Source: Thermotogota bacterium (lineage in GTDB: Bacteria > Bipolaricaulota > Bipolaricaulia > UBA7950 > UBA9294). From it: DNA of 36,446 bases. The DNA lies in the NCBI GenBank assembly GCA_039679545.1, contig JBDKUT010000105.1, forward strand, positions 1 to 36,446, written 5' to 3'. Below the pieces are notes generated by a model. That model was not told the DNA's origin. It saw nothing but the letters and a program-made list of their open reading frames with translations, and searched no databases. How positions within the stretch are numbered: the first letter of the stretch is position 1; the number at the start of each line of letters is the position of its first letter. This document shows, one piece after another, positions 28,101 through 36,446 of the stretch. The translations under genes and the position numbers were made by a program.

Positions 28101-29606
28101 GATGGTGCCCTCGTAGTGTGCACCCGACGTGCGGACCATTGGAAGGCTGGTGTAGAGAATGTGCCCTGTCGTTCGAAACAGGATGTCCGCCTGTGTGATC
28201 CTGTCGCCGGTATCTTGGTCCGTGATGTCAGCAGTGATCGTCACAGGGGACCCTTCTGGTGCAGATGTCACGGGTACATGTGAGATCACGGGGGCATGGT
28301 TTGGGAGGACCGGGATCTGAGCGGGATGAAGGCTAGCGTCATTGGGCGGGCATGTCGACGTAAGAGAACCATCCGTCGCAGAAACATAGAAGTCGAGCCC
28401 TGGGTCACAAACGTCGGTTCCAGAGATGGTAACCGCGTATTGCCCTGTTCCAAGGCTCTGCATTTCAGCCAGCGCGTAAAGAGCTCCCTGTCCAGGTGAG
28501 GGCGTCTGGCGGTACGCCACCGTCACCTTCTGGACTTGAACATCATCCACAACGTTTGCTGTGATGCGCAGGGCTGTTCCACCAAGGACACTGGCGCCTG
28601 GCGAGACTAGCGCGGAGCCGTTCCAGATCTGAATGTTGGAAATGACTGGAGCAAGCGGGGTGGCTCCAACGACGTACGATCTGGAGTCGGTGAGTACCCC
28701 TGCTTGGGTGTCGGCTGAGATAGCCACTGTACGCGCCGTGTCGTCATGGAAAGGGTTATGTGTTGTGTATGTGACAAGGTACAGGTCCCGTGTCAGGCGC
28801 GCGATGTAGTTGTATAAGTCGAGGAGTTCACTTGTCTGAGGGGCATGCTTGTACACCCCCCCGGTCCCAACTGCTATGTCTGTCAGTCCTGGCTCGTCAA
28901 TCGAGCTGCCTATGCCAATTGTGTAGACGGGAACGCTCACGGCTACGGCTGCCGAGAGCACATCGGCGAGCATGTGAGTGCTGTTGTTCTCGTATCCGTC
29001 AGTGAATGCAATGACGGCCTTCACGCCAGACACAGTGCCCGTCTCATCCAGCGCCTCTATGATTCCATCAAAGAGCGCGGTGTTGCCGCCCGCTGCGATG
29101 AGGTCGATAGCGCTGGTCAGAGCGTTCTTGTTATATGTGAACCCTTGCAGTAGCGATGCCCCCGACCCAAACGCCACAATCGCCGCCATGTCGTTGTCGC
29201 CCAGGGCTGCAATGAAATCCTTGGCGGCCTGCTTCGCTGCCACCATCGGCGCGCCGCTCATGCTGCCGCTACGATCCATTACCAGGACAACGGCGATGCC
29301 TCCGACCTGACCTGATACTTCTCTCACATCGATGGGGGACTCTAGCGTCGGGCTGATCTCCAGGTCGGACTGCTCCGACACAGAGAAGGTGGTCCAGTCA
29401 AGGCCATGGATTGGGTTGCCGAGACTGTCCGCGACCGAAACGTAGCACTCGATCACGGGGAACTTCGCTGCGTCGACCTGCGAGATTGAAAGGCTGGCGG
29501 AGCCAAGAACCGGTAACGACAAGAAGACGACGGAGATCAGGACCGAAATGAGAACCACTGGGAAACAAACTAACGAACACAATTGTGTCTTCGGATACCA
29601 CCACAC
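25140..29606 (-). CDS. Large secreted vWA-domain protein with Ig-like repeats, a long beta-rich region and a T9SS type-A/FlgD-Ig-like C-terminal domain
   Basis: Hydrophobic signal peptide after GTG 29606; vWA MIDAS motif VLVMDRSGSM...TALFDG...FTDG; two ~100-aa Ig-like repeats; a DANGDG Ca-type motif; C-terminus APNP...IIVFTANGRLV...W...D..G..LANGPYVCVL...KMVIQR. The ORF-track start at 29978 is upstream of the signal peptide and probably wrong. Confidence 0.82.
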   Translation of the reverse strand: MWWYPKTQLCSLVCFPVVLISVLISVVFLSLPVLGSASLSISQVDAAKFPVIECYVSVADSLGNPIHGLDWTTFSVSEQSDLEISPTLESPIDVREVSGQVGGIAVVLVMDRSGSMSGAPMVAAKQAAKDFIAALGDNDMAAIVAFGSGASLLQGFTYNKNALTSAIDLIAAGGNTALFDGIIEALDETGTVSGVKAVIAFTDGYENNSTHMLADVLSAAVAVSVPVYTIGIGSSIDEPGLTDIAVGTGGVYKHAPQTSELLDLYNYIARLTRDLYLVTYTTHNPFHDDTARTVAISADTQAGVLTDSRSYVVGATPLAPVISNIQIWNGSALVSPGASVLGGTALRITANVVDDVQVQKVTVAYRQTPSPGQGALYALAEMQSLGTGQYAVTISGTDVCDPGLDFYVSATDGSLTSTCPPNDASLHPAQIPVLPNHAPVISHVPVTSAPEGSPVTITADITDQDTGDRITQADILFRTTGHILYTSLPMVRTSGAHYEGTIPSSVVAAAGVDYYILTQDARGVSTYAGTDTTPYHITVAGAGGGCAGTPLRIGRLQVAGDGCIYDSKARTYTLQGHVRIGTTSGVYFVALGADSSITCTTTGVLALRWAAQITVAMGPLSVPVAAVASAVTLDPSAGTVTLRGELKSPVGFSLVGTLTFDLYAQTMTGSVVLDCPIFRNIGSVSVLIDVPHFIVKINGAVNVDLECSPIVFVKAGFTLELDFSNFVFTIGLSAKGLILKDSAGFMEVSLLKRPDSGVSIVTGTVRFDLPKLRMEVLDELSVSIPCEALLAAAAERSDDEAQGDGGRPDPRAGSGSLCAVGLHIATGTVVQLSPLTISGTAYLDLDILMLFHFSCVRLTLNLDWQNHRFDLGLAAGLSLGKLGQSPLMNWEIGGKLFFDLRQPAFGIGGNVKLVNIPGLGTGLNIKADITVDLKSGVYGVLRQDFTLLGFQVSAVNAGLSLEAAGISMHVQLQVPGAKAKALLTLGLAGISGQFEENIAPFGIPIQTGQVAFSLSLQGIKFHATVSVGDSSVAADFAVSSSGIAGVLAGNVTLFGADITTAGVSFVLNAGGVKFSTHIQFFGFLGADANLGVGLKSATVTINALKVFDHSLVGVSGTLSAGYFSATGSLLGATVGLEVSRDAGIKLHLTTFGFAWFSPVEVHLYDSLGRHVGPNSAGGIDEEIPGASYTTNGDTGVILIEGFDISGGGYELVIIGKASGVFHLELVYPDSESDTVVLATYPETATSPTMEARIGITQASSLALTIDANGDGTMDQIVTPELVRAPWAASFNQAPAIEIQHPREEERLSVSPVSITWVAADPDDSVDTLLISLAYRSEGEQEWSEIASHLRNTGAFAWDITPLLNGEYSLRAEAEDDDGSVATAESGLFSITRLVGAAMLVAPNPVSDQGCVLLFDPLADVSSAEIIVFTANGRLVFRTQVDPAEGCFPSDGVWLAEDLDGVLLANGPYVCVLVADGSIVARAKMVIQR

Positions 29607-29613
29607 GTATGCC

Positions 29614-29642
29614 ACTATACTCCCAGAGTTCAATCGCGACAA
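29614..29642 (-). promoter_or_regulatory. Promoter of the vWA gene (probably leaderless); overlaps a plus-strand TATACT
   Basis: Minus strand TTGTCG-17 nt-TATAGT-7 nt-GTG 29606. Plus-strand TATACT at 29616-29621. Confidence 0.5.
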
Positions 29643-29679
29643 ATCACAGGCTGCAGGTCGGACCTGATGGTATGAAGGC

Positions 29680-29957
29680 GCGCCTCCTAGTCCGGCGGAG
29701 GAGTACTCTGCCGGTGGGAGACGGCAACTGCCGTGGGGAGGCGCAGGGTGCGGTGTATCGCGTTCGATTCGCACAAACGGTACACGTAGGCATTGGTCGA
29801 AGACGCGAGAGGCCGACTGACCCGTGACCGAGCCCCCCGACAACCGGCCCAAGTTGGATGCTGGGATGGAACGAGTAAGGCTCCGGCATCCGAGGAGTGA
29901 CGTTGGGCCGGGAGTCTCCTGCCAGACTGCGGTGGAGGCAGTCCTCGCGAAGAGGAC
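29680..29957 (+). ncRNA. Candidate structured non-coding RNA/DNA element (family not recognised)
   Basis: Multiple nested 5-9 bp stems; the G-T wobble pairs found all favour the plus strand. Confidence 0.3.
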
Positions 29958-29974
29958 ACGGGGAACGCAGCACC
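29952..29974 (+). repeat. Right copy of the 23-bp imperfect direct repeat bounding the islet
   Basis: GAGGACACGGGGAACGCAGCACC; 21/23 identical to 24075-24097. Confidence 0.8.
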
Positions 29975-30037
29975 CCACCCCGGTTCCTTGGCCCGACGCA
30001 ACGCGCGGGCCCCGCCCGCGGCATCCGCAGCGGCGCT

Positions 30038-31816
30038 CTAGCCGCTCAGCTCCTCGAGCTCGTCGATCATGCCGGAGATGACGTCGAACCCGCCTTGCCA
30101 GAACTCCTTCGACCGCACGTCAAAGCCAGCCTCATCGAGGATGGCGAGCGGCGCCTTCGATCCGCCCTGCTCCAGGATGCGCAGGTATCTCGGAACGAAC
30201 GACGCCCCCTCCCGTTGGTACTGCTCGTAGAGGGCGAGCACGAGCAGGTGCCCGAAGGGGTACGCGTAGCAGTAGAAGGGCGTGTGGTAGATGTGGGTGA
30301 TCATCAGCCACTCCCAGCGGAACTCATCGGGCACGTCGACGCTTGAACCGAATTGGCCGCGGAGGTTGTCGAGGTAGCAGGCGGCCAGCTGGTCGGCCGT
30401 CGCCGACTCTTCCTTCACCATGCGATGCGCGTCGCGTTCGAACAGGGCGAAGAACGCCTGCCTCAGAATCGCCGCGTAGCTCTCGTCCACGTACTGCGCC
30501 AGAAGGTAGCGGCGGAATGCGGAGTCCCGATCGACGTCAAGCAACCCCTGGAGGAGGAGCATTTGGGCGAAGTTCGACGCCGTCTCGGCGAGCGGTAGAG
30601 ACGAGTTCCAGGTCAGCACCGAGTGCTCCGAGGCAAGTTGGCTGTGCACGGCGTGGCCGAGCTCGTGGACGAGCGACCTGACGTCCTGGACTCCCCCGCT
30701 GAAGTTGACGCAGATCCACGGAACCTTGTCCGGCACGACACTGTAGCAGAACGCGACCACGTCTTTGCCCGGTCGAGGTTGGGAGTCGATGTGCCCGGCC
30801 GCGAACACGCGCTCGGCCAGATCGGCGAGCCTCGGATGGAAGTCGCCGAACGACCGACGCACGAGGCGGACCGCGTCGTCATACGAGTACTTCCGCACGA
30901 TCGGCTCGAGGGTGGCGTAAATGTCGCAGCGCCGCAGGCGGTCCATGCCGATCCACTGGGCCTTCAGTCGGAAGAAGCGGTGGTACACCGACGCGTTCTC
31001 CCGACAAACCTCGAGCAACGTATCGACGGCGTCGTCTGGAACGTCGTTGGCGAGGTTCCGCGCCGCGATCGGGGATGCCATCCCGCGAAGCTTCACGTTC
31101 TCTTCCACCCAGTCGCTCACCGTGTACTTGTAGAGCTGTGCAAGGACGTCCTTGTTGGCGATGAACACGCGCAGGAGAGCGTCATAGGCCGCCGCCCGTT
31201 TCGCCGGGTCCGGGTCGCGGGCGTAGACCATCACTTCGCTCCGGGTCAGCATTTTTGTCTCGCCGTCGATCGATAGGGAGAACGTGAAACCAGACTCCAT
31301 CATGTCGTAGATCGTTGTGATCCCGTGGATTCCGTTGACATCCTTGATGTTGATCGCCCGCTCGGCAGGCTCGGTGAGCGTGTACGGCGCGAACCGCCGC
31401 AGCGACTCAAAGTGGTAGGCAGCATCGCCCGCCGCCGGAAGCAGGCGACGCGCCGTCTCCTCGTCGAGGGCTTTCCACCAATGCTCAACGAACAGTGTGC
31501 GATTCCTGGCGTCGGCGAGCCGGGAGTCCACCCGCTGTCGCAACGCGAGGGCGTCGGCGTTGCTCGTCTGCTCGGAAAACCAGAGGTACGAGAATCCTTC
31601 GAGCACTGCAGCAGCGTGCGCTTGCCGCTCCACGTCGCGAACGAGGATGGCGAACGCCTTCTTCGGCAACGAACCATTCAACTGGCCTCGCCAGGACTCG
31701 ACCGTGCTCGCCGCGTCGTCGAGAACGGAAAACGCCCTCTCGAGGCCCGGCCCGGTCTTCACGAGAATGAGGTCATCCAGACTCCAACGACCCACGTGGT
31801 ATGTCGTCTCGGTCAT
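30038..31816 (-). CDS. pepF: Oligoendopeptidase F (peptidase M3B)
   Basis: N-terminal WSLDDL, the zinc motif VHELGHAVH, LAETAS, and HIYHTPFYCYAY. Confidence 0.93.
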   Translation of the reverse strand: MTETTYHVGRWSLDDLILVKTGPGLERAFSVLDDAASTVESWRGQLNGSLPKKAFAILVRDVERQAHAAAVLEGFSYLWFSEQTSNADALALRQRVDSRLADARNRTLFVEHWWKALDEETARRLLPAAGDAAYHFESLRRFAPYTLTEPAERAINIKDVNGIHGITTIYDMMESGFTFSLSIDGETKMLTRSEVMVYARDPDPAKRAAAYDALLRVFIANKDVLAQLYKYTVSDWVEENVKLRGMASPIAARNLANDVPDDAVDTLLEVCRENASVYHRFFRLKAQWIGMDRLRRCDIYATLEPIVRKYSYDDAVRLVRRSFGDFHPRLADLAERVFAAGHIDSQPRPGKDVVAFCYSVVPDKVPWICVNFSGGVQDVRSLVHELGHAVHSQLASEHSVLTWNSSLPLAETASNFAQMLLLQGLLDVDRDSAFRRYLLAQYVDESYAAILRQAFFALFERDAHRMVKEESATADQLAACYLDNLRGQFGSSVDVPDEFRWEWLMITHIYHTPFYCYAYPFGHLLVLALYEQYQREGASFVPRYLRILEQGGSKAPLAILDEAGFDVRSKEFWQGGFDVISGMIDELEELSG

Positions 31817-31826
31817 TGCCCGCTCC

Positions 31827-32411
31827 TCACTTCGTCCCGGCCAGGGATCCGTCGAGACCGAGCGCTCCGGCGGCCTCGCGCATTCCCGCGATCGCGTCGG
31901 CCATCAGATCGTCCACGCTCGTGCCGAGCATCGTCGCACCCTTCTCGATCACGTCGCGATTCGCTCCCGCAGCGAAGCTCCGATCCTTCCACTTTTTCTT
32001 GAGCGACTTCACCTCGAGGTCGTGGAGGCTCTTCGAAGGCCGAACCAGAACGGCGGCCGTGACGAGACCGCACAGCTCGTCGATCGCAAAGAGGAGCTTT
32101 TCCATCTCCGTCGACGGCTCGACATCCGAGCACAATCCCCATCCGTGCGACACGACAGCGTGGACCAGCTCCTCCGGCCAATTCCGCTCCCGAAGGATGC
32201 GCGCCGTCATCGTGCAGTGCTGATCCGGGAAGCGCCCGTAGTCGAGGTCGTGCACGAGGCCAACGATTCCCCACGTCTCCTCGTCGAGGCCTCGTTTTCT
32301 CGCGGCGTACCGCATCACGGCTTCCACGGCAAGCGCGTGCTTAATCAGTCCGTCCTGGTCGTTGTACTCGGTCAGGAGCGCGTAGGCTTCCTCGCGAGTT
32401 GGTGTGTGCAT
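31827..32411 (-). CDS. HD/HDIG-domain putative phosphohydrolase
   Basis: LIKHALAVEAVM, GLVHDLDY, AIDELCGL and KKKWKDRSFAAG. GGGAGG RBS; co-oriented with pepF (10-nt gap). Confidence 0.88.
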   Translation of the reverse strand: MHTPTREEAYALLTEYNDQDGLIKHALAVEAVMRYAARKRGLDEETWGIVGLVHDLDYGRFPDQHCTMTARILRERNWPEELVHAVVSHGWGLCSDVEPSTEMEKLLFAIDELCGLVTAAVLVRPSKSLHDLEVKSLKKKWKDRSFAAGANRDVIEKGATMLGTSVDDLMADAIAGMREAAGALGLDGSLAGTK

Positions 32412-32595
32412 GAAGTCCTCCCGTCCCGTTGCTGATTGTCCGACTCTACCTTGGCCGACACGCCGCGTCTACCTGTTCTGCGCGTGCTGCGCCGACCCGT
32501 CTGCCTAGCCCAAGGTAAGAGCGCACGTCCGGGTCCGACGCGGTATGCGAGCGTGCGTCGACCCGGCTCGGCGTGAGGGTCCGAACTCGGTGTCG

Positions 32596-32601
32596 TATAG
32601 T
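32596..32601 (+). promoter_or_regulatory. -10 box directly upstream of a leaderless start
   Basis: TATAGT-CACCGC-ATG 32608, with no SD sequence. Confidence 0.55.
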
Positions 32602-32607
32602 CACCGC

Positions 32608-33390
32608 ATGGCGATCTCGCTCGGCACCTTCCTGCCGCTCCTCTTCGCCGGCCTCGGCATCGGCGTGCTGTCGAGTCTTCTTGGGGTCGGCGGCGGGATC
32701 TTCATCGTGCCGCTTCTGACCCTCACTGGATGGGCCGAGTCCGTGCAAGTCGCGGCCGGCACGAGTCTTACGGCCATCATTTTCACGAGCCTCTCGGCGT
32801 CGATCGCCTACGCGCGCCGGCACGTGACCCAGTACAAGGTCGGCCTCACGCTCATGCCCACCAGCCTCCTCGGGACGTGGGCCGGGGCGCGCTTAACCAC
32901 GACGATCGAGTCCCGGTGGCTCGCGATCGGCTTCGCCGCGCTCCTCCTCTACCCGATCGGAATGATGCTGCTCGGCAAGACCACGAACGAGATCAGCCAC
33001 GCCCACCGCGGCCCCGTGACCGGGCCCCGCCTCTACCTGATCGGAGCCGCCATCGGCCTCGTCGCAGGGCTCGCCTCGGGACTGCTCGGAATCGGCAGCG
33101 GAACGATCATGGTTCCCTCGCTCGCCCTCCTTCTTGGACTCGAGATCCTGCCCGCGATCGCGACGAGCCTCTTCGTCATGGTTCCGTCGTCGATCTTCGG
33201 AGCGTCCACTCACTTCATCCAGGGGAACGTGGAGCTCGCGCTCGCCCTCCCGCTGATCCTCGGAACCGTCGTCGGCGCACAGTTCGGCCCCATTCTCGGT
33301 GATCGGATTCCGCGTCGGCGGCTCCGTCAGCTGTTCGGCGTCATCCTTCTCTACGCGGCCGTCAACATGGTTCTGAAGACGCTGCGCTAG
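32608..33390 (+). CDS. Sulfite exporter TauE/SafE (TSUP) family protein
   Basis: Duplicated halves GVLSSLLGVGGGIFIVP..AGTSL and GLASGLLGIGSGTIMVP..IATSL. Confidence 0.9.
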   Translation: MAISLGTFLPLLFAGLGIGVLSSLLGVGGGIFIVPLLTLTGWAESVQVAAGTSLTAIIFTSLSASIAYARRHVTQYKVGLTLMPTSLLGTWAGARLTTTIESRWLAIGFAALLLYPIGMMLLGKTTNEISHAHRGPVTGPRLYLIGAAIGLVAGLASGLLGIGSGTIMVPSLALLLGLEILPAIATSLFVMVPSSIFGASTHFIQGNVELALALPLILGTVVGAQFGPILGDRIPRRRLRQLFGVILLYAAVNMVLKTLR

Positions 33391-33408
33391 TCTGCTTTCC
33401 TCAAGCGC

Positions 33409-33437
33409 TTGACTTCCCCCCAGGCATTGTCTACACT
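33409..33437 (+). promoter_or_regulatory. Sigma70-type promoter of the clpB-like gene
   Basis: TTGACT-17 nt-TACACT. Confidence 0.7.
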
Positions 33438-33440
33438 GCG

Positions 33441-33467
33441 TTAGCAGTTACATGATGTGACTGCTAA
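33441..33467 (+). promoter_or_regulatory. CIRCE operator (HrcA-binding site)
   Basis: TTAGCAGTT-N9-GACTGCTAA versus the consensus TTAGCACTC-N9-GAGTGCTAA. It sits between the -10 box and the RBS of a chaperone gene. Confidence 0.85.
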
Positions 33468-33482
33468 GTAGAGGCGGGAATT

Positions 33483-36446
<2,964 letters not shown>

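Larger units (their letters stand above)
24075..29974. mobile_element. Putative horizontally acquired islet (no integrase in the window)
   Basis: Flanked by 23-bp direct repeats. Spot GC counts are 31/60 (line 28741) and 33/60 (line 27001), versus 39/60 and 48/60 in clpB lines 34201 and 34681. The left boundary coincides with the truncation point of the pepF pseudogene. Confidence 0.6.

Noticed and set aside
29607..29978. N-terminal 124 aa of the 1612-aa ORF
   Set aside because: It precedes the signal peptide and the promoter-like motif, has non-protein-like composition, and overlaps the structured region and direct repeat.

Overview
GC-rich bacterial chromosome segment with about 30 genes and no rRNA, tRNA or CRISPR array. 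The taxon cannot be proven from the window; gene content and the 'KMVIQR' C-terminal domain are reminiscent of Ca. Bipolaricaulota (from recall, unverified). The left half is an ion/osmotic homeostasis cluster: MscS, USP, an osmoprotectant ABC operon, TrkAH, a CPA2 antiporter, a CLC and an ArsB/NhaD-type permease. It includes an intact but catalytically degenerate IS481-family gene. The middle holds housekeeping genes: rnhA, holA, mgtE-orf-yajC-secD (no secF), ggt and ybaK. Between ybaK and pepF lies a lower-GC ~5.9 kb islet bounded by 23-bp imperfect direct repeats. It encodes a ~1490-aa vWA/Ig/beta-rich secreted protein ending in a T9SS type-A-like C-terminal sorting domain, coupled to a PorV/UPF0164-like beta-barrel gene. 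Next to the islet are a pepF 3' pseudogene, a four-copy array of ybaK 3'-end variants and a highly structured non-coding stretch. The right end has pepF, an HD protein, a TauE/SafE exporter, a CIRCE-preceded ClpB-like Hsp100 lacking both the M domain and a ClpP-docking loop, and a partial pyrB. Several genes look leaderless (TAnnnT-N6/7-start).
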